A DNA stretch of 64,000 nt from Eledone cirrhosa (taxonomy: Eukaryota). Numbering within the stretch: position 1 is the first letter of the stretch; every line of letters starts with the position of its first letter. Position numbers and translations under genes: made by a program. Below are positions 13,150-25,209 of the stretch, piece after piece. The DNA lies in NCBI GenBank assembly GCA_964016885.1, contig OZ024744.1, forward strand, positions 60,946,001-61,010,000, read 5' to 3'. The notes under the pieces were generated by a model. The model searched no databases and was not told the origin of the DNA. It was given only the letters and a program-made list of their open reading frames with translations.

Positions 13150-14997
13150 CTGTAAAATTAGAATAAAACATACATTTAAAACAAGTCAACGGCAGCGACG
13201 ACGATTTATGCTCTGTGATTTTCACAGTCTTTAACTACCAGCATCATACCCCACAGATTACACTCTGGATATTGTAACTTGTAGGATTTGACCTGAATAT
13301 CACATCGAGCTTTAACGCACCTTGTGGATTCATTCACTTTCAATTATTCTCTTATACTCCTTTACTCTTTAACCTGTTCCAGTCATCTGGTTGAGGGCCA
13401 TGCTGGGGCACGACCCTTGAATTGTATATATACCCTTGCAAGCAGGGAAGAGAGGACGTAAAATGATGATGATGATGTTGATGATATAGTATAACATCTA
13501 GCTATGGCGCAAGAATTTCTATATTTTAATAAACAAATGTACAATTCAATTTTAACTCAAATCCTGATGGATCTCTTTAAAGAACTATGGATTGAAATGA
13601 AAGACACCAGGTAAGGAAACTTTACTATATATATTTTATCGTTGTACTATTACTATTCCATTTTTTTCAATCAACTGGTGTTATGCCCATGTGATATGCA
13701 CAATGACACCTCACCATGTGGTTTGCAGCTACACTAGGGATGATAAATAAGGGTTCCATATGACTTGTTTGGTATCCCCAATGGGAGTGCTGTCACTCAG
13801 AATAAATATTTAAAACATGATTACCTGGGGGAGCTGAAGGCTCTTTAATTTAAATAATACAGTCCATGTTTGAGAGCAGTTACAACAAAGAAAACAAAAC
13901 AAGACTGTAAGCCATGCAGAAGGCAGCCTGTCTAGGAGGGCAGTGACCCTGAATAAAATACAACTGCATAGGGTAGACGTAGGATTCATAGGCATCTAGA
14001 AGAGCAGTCAGTCTGAATAAAAACTGATTCTTCAGTCTGGTAAGACAACATCTCTAGTGCTGGTGGCATCCTACTACCCAGGAACAAACCTCTAAAAACC
14101 ATCTGGCTCATGCCCTCTTTCTCCCTAAACATTTAGCCTAACATTTGTAAGAAATTCATAAATATTTTCCATCACACCTCTAATATGGTAAAATCTTTTG
14201 TAGGCATTCCATTAAGATCAACTACTTCTGTACACCTAAGATGAAATCCATTATAAAATTCAAATTGAAAGCATAAAAGCAGCTCAGGATATGACTGCAG
14301 AAAGAAGGATGAATAGCCTTTAGATCTGGCATGTAGTATTATGTCGGTTGTATATGAGGCCGAAATTAGCTCGTGCACATCTAAGCAAATAGTGATCAGA
14401 AAATGTTACGCTTTAGTGCACCAGGCATGGGCCTTGACAGATAGAAATATAAATTGCAATATTAAATGGGGGGGTGGGGGGTGGTGTCCTAAAAAAACAT
14501 TAATGAATCCAAGAGATGCAGGCTTTGTACTATTAAGAAAGATCCTAATTCTTCAAGGACTAAAATCCTCTAATGAGTGAAAGTTTTGTATTTTGTCCTC
14601 ATTTTAGGAAATATCTACTTACTACTTGGAAGTATCATCCTCCAGACCAGCAACCACCCCAGCAGATGTACACATTGTGATTGGCTGTTTCATTTAAACC
14701 TTTTCAACTGTATACATGATTATCTTCTTCAACTATACACCCTTCACTATCCAAACAATACAACTGTATTTTCCACATAGAAATATACACATTGCTCCAG
14801 TACTCTCAGCTGAAAATGAAAACCAGCAGCTGGGGGCTAACTTTGTGACAGATTGTGCCCTATTCTGGAGTGAGTCACTTAATGCTACATAAAACCAGGA
14901 TAAGCTCTGGATTTCATCTAACCCATGCAAGGTAAGAAAAAAAAAAAGGATATAAAGATGATGATGATGATGATGATGATAATAATGAACAACTCAC

Positions 14998-15176
14998 CTG
15001 AATGAGCGATTTGATGGAGGGCTGGAAGACCAAATTGTGGTTCAGAAGAAATGATCGGAGCAAAGGTTGTGGGTATGTGGCAAGGCGGGTGATGAGTCCT
15101 GTCAGCAGAAAGTTAACATGGAGTGAATTTTGAACCATGCTTTCTAGTTTTGACAGTAAGGCTGATAAGAATGGGC
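14998..15176 (-). CDS. FHIP1: FHIP1-like coding exon 8 (179 nt)
   Basis: GPFLSALLSKLESMVQNSLHVNFLLTGLITRLATYPQPLLRSFLLNHNLVFQPSIKSLIQ (FHIP C-terminal domain). Acceptor ctttcag, donor gtgag; phase 1-0. Confidence 0.95.
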
Positions 15177-15234
15177 CTGAAAGAGATTAAAAAAAAATCA
15201 CTAAATATATATATATAAATAATTAAAGTTATAC

Positions 15235-15267
<33 letters not shown>

Positions 15268-15749
15268 TATACACATACATACACACTTTGTTTTTGTATT
15301 TCTTTTGCAAGATTTCTTATCTGATAGCATGTGTTGAAACAGATATTGTTATACTTTGGGAGGATCATGGTGCCAAAAAACACAAATAAAACACTTGTTA
15401 GTTTTCACTTCGATTTATTATAAACTTCCAGATGGTTAGTTTAAAAACTGGATGGTTGTTTATTTGTTTATTGTCAAAACTCTTTCATCAAACATTCTGT
15501 GACCTCCTCAGTAACTAATTTGTCATATTGTGATTCTCCTTTGTTCTGTCCTACACCATCTTATTTTTGTGAGATGTGTACTTGGGCTATGCATTTGTTG
15601 TATCCGTGTGTGTATTTATTTATTTATACATTTATTTATTTGACACTAGTTGCTTGCTTATTCTATCTGCGAGTGTCTGGTTTGTTTTATTGATTTGGTT
15701 CTGCATACCTTTATCTTGTTTTTAGTTAGTTGTGATGTTATTCCACTCA

Positions 15750-16100
15750 CATTCTCTGTTTAGTTTTGGTTAGAATTTGTTTATGTTTGTTGGTTCTGTA
15801 ATCTGTCAGAACATTGTGTCTGTTCTGTGTATGGATATGATTTTTATTTCTGTTCTCTAGTGTTCCCCCATTTTCCATTCTGGCATGTCGGTGGAGTACT
15901 GATGAGTTTTTCCCATCTTGGAGTTCTCGCCAGTGTTCACTTATCCTTTTGTCTATGTTACGGGCTGTCTCACCTATGTAAGTTGTGTTCCTATTCCTAC
16001 ACTGTCCCTCAGTACATCTTACGCTATATACTACATTCATAGTTTTGCAGTTAATTTGTGGGGTTAATTTGCAGACTATACATTTCCTATTAGTGTAGGG
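15750..16100 (-). mobile_element. Penelope-like element GIY-YIG endonuclease remnant
   Basis: NVVYSVRC...TYIGETARNIDKRISEH...SVLHRH. Confidence 0.8.
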
Positions 16101-16509
16101 ATAGTCTCAGCTGATTGAATTTTTTTTTTTCACTCAGCATATTTAGAATAAGGGACTCTATTTGTACATACACACATCATGATGAATGCTTTCCTCATGA
16201 ATTTTTGCCTATAATCTTTCTTGATAAGATGTTGGTTTTGATAATGACCATTCAGTTGTATGAACTTCCAAGTTGTGAATTAACTTACGTATTTCACAAA
16301 TACATACATTCTTAATGAAATTCCCAAGCTCAACCAGTGTGACATAATACATGACATAACTGGACCTTTGAATTACAGGTATAGTCAATCGAATATGCGT
16401 CCACACAGTTTCTGTCTCACTGATCTCACTTACAGGGCATGGTAAAGACACATACAGAAGATGTCATGTAACAGGATTGAAACTAGGACATCATGACTGC
16501 GAAGTGAAC

Positions 16510-17000
16510 CTCTTAGTCGTTTGGTAGGTAATCAGCTGGTTGGCTGGTTTCTTTAAGTTTGTGTTACAGATCATTAAGTCAAGTGTCCATTGAAGTCACC
16601 AACTGCAATCATAATATCACTGTCATCTATCATTGAGGTTGTCTGTAGGAGGTCCTCATAGAAATGGTCCATTTGTTCATAAGCAAGTCCAGATTGTGAG
16701 GCGTATGCAGATAATATGGTGGATGCAGTACTGCCCAAGGTTAGTCTAAGTTTAATTATTCTATCACTCACTCAGACTACTTCAATTACCTGCTCTACCC
16801 ATCTCTCAGCGAGAAGCATTCCTAATCCATCCACCCAAAAGAATTTGTACAGTTGCTCTTAGACTGTGATGAGTCTGGCTGAAGCACACATCCACCTTAC
16901 TTCTTGCACACCTCCGCCTTACTTCTAGCATCTCCACAATCACAACACACTTATCTTTCATTATCCCAATATTGATGGTGGCAACTCTTAAGTTCCATGT
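16510..17000 (-). mobile_element. RTE endonuclease fragment
   Basis: LRVATINIG, SDRIIKLRL, ILSAYA.Q and AVGDFNGH motifs. Confidence 0.8.
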
Positions 17001-17211
17001 TTGATGATCAGGAGGCTGCATGTGTGTCTTGCTATTTTTATGGGCCTGATGGGTAGGAGGACTGCATGACTACTTGAACATAGTCAGGGGATATACATGC
17101 ATGTTGAGGTCTTTCATGTAGTGTATTGTGTTGTTACTCAGATGCCTGTGGTTTCCATCAGCACCAGTGACAGCTGGAGCCACCTCTGCTTGCTAGGTGC
17201 ATTGTAGTTTC

Positions 17212-17481
17212 TGTGGGTATGGTGTGGTGTGCAGTGGCCAGAGGCTGGGGAGTGCTCGACTGGAAGAGTGCTTGACCAGAAGGGTGCTTGACCGGAAGGG
17301 TGCTCGACCAGAAGGGCCAGCAGGTCTGCCTCTCTCTAGGGTGGTCAGCGAACGTGGTGGATGTCAGTCTTGGAGCTCCCGGTTAACGAGTTGGATTGTA
17401 CGCACGTGGGAGAGGAGAAACTAGCCATTGGATTAGCGGTGCCAGTGAAAGTGGTAAGTGAAGTAGCTTTTTCTAACCACA
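17212..17481 (+). repeat. 5' LTR
   Basis: 270-bp direct repeat of 21187-21456 with 13 substitutions by eye. Contains four ~17-bp tandem units gtgctYgacYRgaagRR. Confidence 0.93.
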
Positions 17482-17621
17482 AGCTATTTCAACACTGGAA
17501 ACTGAGATCTGATTGATCAAAAAAAAAAAAAATAAAAAGAACTTTCTCGAAAACAAAGCTACTGGAAAAACAGAGAGGAGTCTATTGTTATTTATTACTT
17601 ACCGCAAGACAAAATTAGGAT

Positions 17622-18386
17622 ATGGCGACGAGATTACGAATGAGCGGAGAAGCGATTAGAACATTTACCGGTGAAGGCGATGCTGTCGCTTGGCTGCGAA
17701 AAGACCGGTTGGTCGCAAGCTTACAGAAGATAGAAGATGTGGCTGGCCTCAGGGCACTGTACCTCGAGGTGGATGCGTTGGCACTCTTCCTAGAGATGGA
17801 TGAACACAGCCAAAGGGATGCGCAAAAGATGGAGAGGCGTATGATGGAAGCGTTCGCGGAGGGACCGTTAGCCGCTTTTGCTAGGCTGGCAAGGATTAGA
17901 TAGAACGGTGAACGCGTTGACATTTTCACAGCGGAAATACGGCGATTGGCCATGTTGGCTGGATATCAGGTGGAATGCGAACGCATGGTGCGGTTGGCGT
18001 TCATAATTGGATTTCCAGACGACATAGCGGTGAAACTGCAGCAAGTCCCGGGTTACAAGCAAATGGAGATGTGTGCACTGATGGAGCAAGCCCGCATCAT
18101 AGCAGAAGATGCCAAGAAGAGTGTCGCGGCGATAGCAATGACAGAAGCTCAAGACAGCTGGCAGCGAAATGGTGAAAGGGAGGCAACCACGGCATGCGGT
18201 CGCCCGCGAACGTTTAGAGGTCGCTGTTTTAGGTGCCAGGGCCCGCACATGGCGAGAGACTGTAGAGAGTCAAGGCCGGAAATAATATGCTACCAGTGTA
18301 AGCGACCAGGCCACATCACTATTAATTGCGACCAGGGAAACGATCCAAGGGGAACTACTGCGCCAGTAGTTGCCCCTTACGAGTAG
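17622..18386 (+). pseudogene. gag: gag of LTR element (one in-frame stop at 17901)
   Basis: ORFs 17622-17903 and 17946-18386 share a frame. Two CCHC knuckles: CFRCQGPHMARDC and CYQCKRPGHITINC. Confidence 0.9.
18335..18378 (+). promoter_or_regulatory. -1 programmed ribosomal frameshift signal
   Basis: G GGA AAC heptamer in the gag frame, 5-nt spacer, then stem-loop aaggggaactactg-cgc-cagtagtt(g)cccctt. The -1 frame is open into the protease. Confidence 0.85.
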
Positions 18387-21172
18387 AGGCGCTGCCCGTG
18401 GTGAAAGTTTTCGTGAGGGGAAAGCCACAGCGAGCCCTCGTGGACACGGGCTGTACGACGACACTGGTGACCGCAGGGGTGGCGTAGAGGTGGAGAGGGA
18501 AGAGCAGCGTAAGGGCAGTTGACGGTAGGAAAATTGAATGTCGAGGTCGCAGCGAGGTGGAGATGGCGGTACGGGGAAAGAAAATAAGGCTTTCTGCCAT
18601 CGTAGTAGACAACGTGGTGGATGGGATCGGCGTAGTTATGGGCATGGACGCAATTGGCCGTCTAGGAGGTGTCACAGTGAACAACGTCGGTGTGTCGTTT
18701 GGCAGCGCTGCATCGGTATGCGCTGTGAGTATGTGACAGGAGAACCAGAAGGCCCATGAAGAGAAATACCCCGCTTACACTGTACAGGACAAAGACTTCA
18801 GGGTCATGTTCGATGGGCAACGATGGGTTGTTGAGTGGTACTGGAAGGGAGAACCCCCAACACTGAAGACCAAAGTGGGCTGCTATCAACACACATTGAA
18901 GGGAGACATTAGGAGCGAGTTTGAGCAAGAGGTAGAGAGATGGATTGAGGAGGGCATACTGCTTCCCTGGAAAGAAGAGGTGAAGTGCGGAGTATTGCCG
19001 TTAATGGCAGTGGCGCAACCCACGAAGAACAAAGTGAGGCCGGTACTGGACTTTCTAGAGCTGAACGAGCACGTGTCATGCCACACGGGTGGCGAAGTCA
19101 CGGATGTCTGTGGGAAAACCCTGCATGAGTGGAGACGCATGACGGGGGCTTCCGCAATCGTCGATCTAAAGTCAGCATACTTATAATTACACATAGATGA
19201 GAAGCTCTGGCAGTATCAGCTGGTCAGGTATAAGGGCCGGACATATTGCCTGACCAGGCTCGGTTTCTGGCCGAGCTCTGCACCGAAGATCATGGCGGTG
19301 GTCCTCAAGACCATTCTGGGAAAGACCGACAAGATGAAGAAGGCTACTAATTCCTACATTGACGACATCCTAGTGGACGAGTCTGTAGTGTCGGCGGCGG
19401 AGGTCACGAGCCATTTAGAGGGGTATGGACTGGCTGCGAAGCCGTCAGAAGTGTTGGAGGGAGGAGCCGCGCTGGGACTTAGGCTACGGTGAGACAGGAT
19501 GGGCGTGTTAGTATTCCAGAGGGGAAATGAAGTTCCAGAACTGGGCCCAAGTATGAGTAGGCGGGAGCTTTTCTCGGCGTGTGGAAAGTTGGTGGGTCAC
19601 TACCCGATCGCTGGGTGGCTCCGGACGGCATGCAGCTATGTCAAGAGACGAGCGGGTGGGGTGACTTGGAGTGACAGAGTGGGAGAGAGGACGGTGGAGA
19701 GAGTGAAGGCCGACAACCCAGTGGGGGGATGCTGGTATGTTCCCAAATCGCAGAACGGGACTGTATGGTGCGATGCCAGCAGCATAGCGCTGGGTGTCAC
19801 GTTGGAGATAGGAGGTGTTGAGGTCGAGGATGCAGCCTGGCTCAGGAAGAAGGACGATTGCAACCACATCAATGTGGCTGAATTGGACGCGGTGTTGAGA
19901 GGGGTGAACCTCACCCTGAAGTGGGGACTGCGCATCATCGAGATACGCACCGACTCGGCTACTGTACTCAGATGGGTGAGATCAGTGTTCACCAGTGAGA
20001 AGAGAGTGCGAACGAGAGGGATGGCGGAGATGCTGATAAAGCGCCAACTGGGAACTTTAGGACAGCTGGCCACCGAGTTCGACCTGAGGCTGAGCGTAGT
20101 TTTCGTGCCCTCAGAGAAAAATAGGGCGGACATCTTAACTAGGGTGAAGAAAGCCTGGATGGAAGCGCCGGAGGAGTTAGAAGAGGAGATAGCTGCCGTG
20201 TGTCGGCTGACCGAGTCAGATCTGAAAGGGTTGCATGACATGCACCACATGGGGGTGGATAGGAGCCTGTTCCTAGCCAGGAGAATCGACTCGGACGTTA
20301 ACAGACACAGTTTTCAAAGAGTGGTTAGAGGCTGCGTCCAATGTCAATCCATTGATCCCGCCCCGGGTGTGCATGAAACAAGAAGCCTCCCGGTGGATCG
20401 CGACTGGAAACGATTGGCGGTGGATGTAACACACTACTAACAAGGAACATACCTCTCAATGGTTGACTGTGGACTGGGACGGATGGCGATATGGAGGGCG
20501 ATGAAGACTGGAACGGCCAAGGAAATCACGTGGACGTTGAGAGAGGTGTTCTTGGAGCGGGGCCCTGTGGACGAACTGCTGATGGACAACAGCGTAGCGT
20601 TCCGCTTGGAGGCGCTGAGGGAGATGCTCGATGGATGGAAGGTGGACCGTTTCTTCAGAGCAGCGTACAGGCCGAGCGGAAATGGAATCGTGGAGCGACA
20701 CCACCGGACGATCAAAGCAATGGCGGAGCGGGGCCACATTTCACCAATGGAGGCAGTGTTCTGGTACAACATGTCCCCTCGGGTGGGACAGGTTGAGGAA
20801 TTGGTGCCACACAGAGCAGTATTCAGATACGAGTGGCGGCACCCGTGCACGCCACCACAACGGCCAGTGGGGAGAGAGAGTGCATTCGTGCAGGTGGGCG
20901 AAGAAGTCTGCGTTAAGCCCCCAGATGCACGTTGCACATCTCAATGGGGAAGGGGAACGGTGACGGCCGTAAATTCCCAGAACAATGTGTCCGTGGACGG
21001 AGTACCACGTCATGTCCTGGATGTCTGTAGAACTACTGGGTCAACGAACTCCGAGGAAGAGGAAACCCAAAGTGCCGCCCCAACACTGCGGAGATCACAA
21101 AGAAGTCGCAAACCACCAACCTGGACAGCAGACTTTCATATGCAACAGTACAAGGGGGAAATTGATCCTTGA
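18335..21172 (+). pseudogene. pol: pol (protease-RT-RNase H-integrase) in -1 frame to gag, five in-frame stops
   Basis: ALVDTGC (PR); RPVLDF, IVDLKSAY and SYIDD (RT); WCDAS, HINVAELD and TDS (RH); HDMHH...CVQC, AVDVTH, MDN and NGIVER (IN). All in one frame, with stops at 18485, 18734, 19184, 19490 and 20438. Confidence 0.92.
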
Positions 21173-21186
21173 GATGAGGGTGGGCG

Positions 21187-21456
21187 TGTGGGTATGGTGT
21201 GGTGTGCGGTGGCCGGAGGTTGGGGAGTGCTCGACCGGAAGAGTGCTTGACCAGAAGGAAGCTTGACCGGAAGGGTGCTTGACTGGAAGGGCCAGCAGGT
21301 CTGCCTCTCTCTAGGGTGGTCAGCGAACATGGTGGACGTCAGTCTTGGAGCTCCCGGTTAACGAGTTGGATTGTACGCATGTGGGAGAGGAGAAACCAGC
21401 CATTGGATTAGCGGTGCCAGTGAAAGTGGTAAGTGAAGTAGCTTTTTCTAACCACA
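21187..21456 (+). repeat. 3' LTR
   Basis: Matches the 5' LTR. Preceded by gagatgagggtgggcg (PPT-like) and followed by TSD gtttc. Confidence 0.93.
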
Positions 21457-22440
21457 GTTTCCATGGGTCTCCTATTGATCTCTGATGTAGTAAGTATATT
21501 GTGTGGGTGGATTAGAAGGGGAATGTGCATGTACATATTCAAGTATATATTACAAGAGTGTACAGCCCTCTCCACATGTAGGGTTATGCATGTATGTATC
21601 ACCTACTCCACACAGAGAGGGGCTTCTCAGCTGAAGGTGGCCCTGCTGTTGCTTGATTGTTGGTAAACTGTAGACATCCTACAATTACATATTCAGTATT
21701 CTGCAGTATAATGTAAAAATTTGATGAATATACTGCTAATTTTATGGATGAAATTAAAAAAGGATACAACCTCCACATGGTTTTTGAAGTAAATCGTAAA
21801 AATATATTGTAACAAAAATGACTCCCTAATGCTTGGGATGCTTCTAATTGAAACATTATAAATGCTAGAATTTTTAGTAGAACAAATGCTAAAAACAAAT
21901 GCTAGAAAAACATGTTTAAACGGAATGAATTAGATAAATAAGACTTTTAGTCATGTATGTATTACATCATGAATGTTTAACGTATTTTTTCCAGGCTTGC
22001 ATAGGTTAGATGGGTTGTCCCATTATGAATGCATTTTGCTCATGATCCATTTTGGGCTTGGTTTTCCATGGTTGGATGTCCTTCCTAATGCTAACTGCCT
22101 TACAGAGTGAACTGGCAGCTTTTTGTCATGTCACTAGTATGACAACCTTTCAGGCTCGACTGGGTGCTTTTTGTTGTGGCTCCAGTATGATCAGGTATAT
22201 ATATATGATATCACACACACATATATAGACAAAAACTGCCTAGTTCACACAGTAAAGAGGTTGTGTTGGTGTCACAACAAAAAACGCCCAATCAACACTG
22301 TAAAGTGGTCATTTTGGTGCTATGATAAAAGACACCCAGTCAACAATGTAGATGTGATTGGCATTATGAAGGGCATCCAACTGTAGAAACTAAGCTAGAA
22401 AACGATTCTGTGTGTGTGTGCATGTGTGTGTGTGTATATA

Positions 22441-22772
22441 GGGTAAAGGGTAATGACCCCCTTCGGTCATGAGTGACCAAGGGATTTGTACCTAGAAAGT
22501 ACCCCTTTGAAGCAAGTCTGGGTAAAATTGTTTGTGGAAGACCAACAGTCGCTCATGCATAACAGTTTCCTCTCTCCATGTTGTCCAAAAGAAAGGCAAT
22601 GGCTGATACAGCTTGGCACCAGTGACATCGCAACTCATTTCTCTAAGTAAACTGGAGCAACATAAAATAAAGTGTCTTGCTCAAGAACACAACGCATCAC
22701 CCTGTCTGAAAATCAAACTCACAACTTCCCGATTGCAAGCCCATCGCTCTAACCACTAAGCCATATGCCTTC
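22441..22772 (-). mobile_element. SINE, same family as 30126-30409
   Basis: Aligned head and tail; a partial copy is also at 12225-12392. Confidence 0.8.
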
Positions 22773-23704
22773 ACACACATACACACATATATATATGTTA
22801 CATAGCAAGATATATGATGAAATTGTGAGGAATGACCTAAAAAAGCTGAACCTGTTGAAAGACATGATGTAGAACTGAACAGACATATAATATGCCATAA
22901 TACAAAAGACCTGTCCATCAGTACAACCACTGCAACAATAAAAGTAAATGTGGTGAGAGAAGATTCTTCAATCCAGACAATCATGTGACAAGCTTTTTAG
23001 TGTTGATGCTACAATAAAATGTACCCAGTCCACTCTGTAAAGTAGCAGTGTTGGTGACACAATAGAATACACCTAGTACATCCTGTAAGGCAGTTAAGAC
23101 AGGCATTTAGTTGTAGAAACCTTAGAAATATGTATGTGTATGTAAACACACACACACATATATATATATATAAAACCATGTGTATCTGGTTTAGAATAGG
23201 TACACCATATCCCTGCTTGTCAAAAGAGGCAACTAAAAAGGTTAGTGTCAGGAAGAACATCTGGCTGTAAAACATTACCTCCAAAAGTTCTGTCCTAGCC
23301 AAGACAGCACGGAAAAATTAACATAAAAACAACACTGCTGCTGACAATATATGGAGGCAAATGCAATATGTTACTAATTATTTGAAAATTATAGGCAGTG
23401 TATTTCATTAGAAATATGGTAGTGAAAGGATTAAAAAAAAAAAGATACCATCATTTTTATAATAAACATGTCTTACTTTGGGTGTTTGTAGCTGTGACAA
23501 GATTACAGTTACCACAGTGTAGCTGTTTTGACATGTTTACTGAAGTAGCTGTGACATGATCATAGCAAGATACATATGTATATTATACATAAACATAACA
23601 TATATGCTTTCATATATATCTCTATTATGAATCACACTATGTTAGTGCTACTCCTAATTAACCCTAGTTAGTCAATTTTGTATTTATGATGAAGAATAAC
23701 TTAC

Positions 23705-25209
23705 CAATATTTGGGGTTCCAGTTAAATGTTTTGGAGTATTTAATCCTGTGATAGAATTAGCAGCATTTGGATCTGAGGTAATTATTTTCTTGCCAACAG
23801 CAAACCTTTGTTTTGAATTTTTCAAATTGCAGATGCTTTGTAGAGGGCTTTCCTCACTAGAGGATTGTCCAGCCTGTTGTGTTTCAACTGACGATGGCTT
23901 AGAACTTGGTGTCATTTCATCATGTAGTCCATTCATCTGTCGATCAAAAACCATATCTTGCGTAAACATTGTTGATGAAGGTGTATCAGGCATAGTGCGA
24001 TTCTTTTGATAGTCTTCTGAATGTTTCTCATCGACAGCATCAGATTTTTTGTCCATCTCTTTCGGTGTTGAGATTATATTTTCATCTGTACCTGAAGCAG
24101 ATGAAATTTTGTCATTGCTATTTTCTGTCAATGACTCAGGACAGGTATTTTTGATTGGTTCTATTTTAAGTGGAGTTGACTTTCCTTGGTTAAGGTTAGG
24201 GCTAGAATAAGGGCCAAATTGGAAGGGAAGACCAGGTGAACCTGAAAATAGATTGTCAATAAACATAAAGACATCATCATTTTTGTCCATCTCGGCAAAA
24301 CCAGGTTCCACCCTGTCAAGAAATTTGAGGAATGACTCCATATCATCGCAGTTTGCATGCAAGCTTGACAGTTGGTTTTGTGTCAAGAAAGTCTGAGGGG
24401 ACAGTGTAGAAAAGTTATCATCAGCTATAGAAATATTTATATGTTGAGACCTTTGATCAGCAGATAAATTCAAGGCAGTTTTGGTTTCCAAACTTGCTAC
24501 AGAGTCAGAGTTACAGCTAGTCAAAGTTTGTATCAGGTCTCTGTCTGGATTAGTGTGTTTTTCAGAAGATTGTTTATTTCCATGTGATGATTGTTTTAAA
24601 TTGCTCTCTTTTTCACACTCACTTTGCCCAGTTTCACCTTCCATATTTTTTTCATTCTGTACTTGAATATACGTTTCGTCAGCAGACTGTGCATAATAAC
24701 CATCATCAACTATAGACAACGTCCCGGTCTGAGAACTTAGGCCAGTTTTGGTTTCCAAATTTCCTACTACGGTGTCAGAGTTGCAGTTAGCCAAAGTTTG
24801 CTGCGTCTGCAACAAGTCTTTGTCTGGAGTTACTCGTGCAGAAGACTGTGTATTTCCATGTGACAGGAGTTTCAAACTGTTGTCCTTCATGCACTCACCT
24901 TGCTCTGTATCAAATTTTATGTTTTTACCCCTCTCTTCTTGTTTATGCTCACTAGCAACAGAACCGTTTACCGTATCCAAAAAAGACTTTTTCGGGGTGA
25001 GAATGTTCAGCGACATCATACTGAGGGGTGATGGTCTATCTCCATCATAGGGTACAGACCAACACTGACACCCCTCACAACACATCTTTAAATTAATGTA
25101 AGCATCGTATAAATATTCCATATAGTCTGTTTCTATTTCATTCCAGTTGTTTGATGAATTATTGCTGTTTGGTGAGTTAGTTGAGTATGAGTCGTTCATG
25201 CTGTAACTC
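23705..25209 (-). CDS. FHIP1: FHIP1-like coding exon 7 (1505 nt, largely low-complexity linker)
   Basis: Open across 501 codons. Contains the conserved YMEYLYDA...CCEGCQCWSVPYDG motif and ends TPNIG. Acceptor ctctacag, donor gtaag; phase 2-1. Confidence 0.9.

Larger units (their letters stand above)
17212..21456 (+). mobile_element. Full-length Ty3/gypsy-type LTR retrotransposon (4245 bp), antisense within an FHIP1 intron
   Basis: Two 270-bp LTRs (TGTGG...CCACA), TSD GTTTC (17207-17211, 21457-21461), purine-rich tract before the 3' LTR, and gag-PR-RT-RH-IN order. Confidence 0.95.

Noticed and set aside
19508-20937. Long antisense ORFs within the LTR element and RTE/CR1 copies
   Set aside because: They are shadows of GC-richer coding frames with no recognisable motifs.
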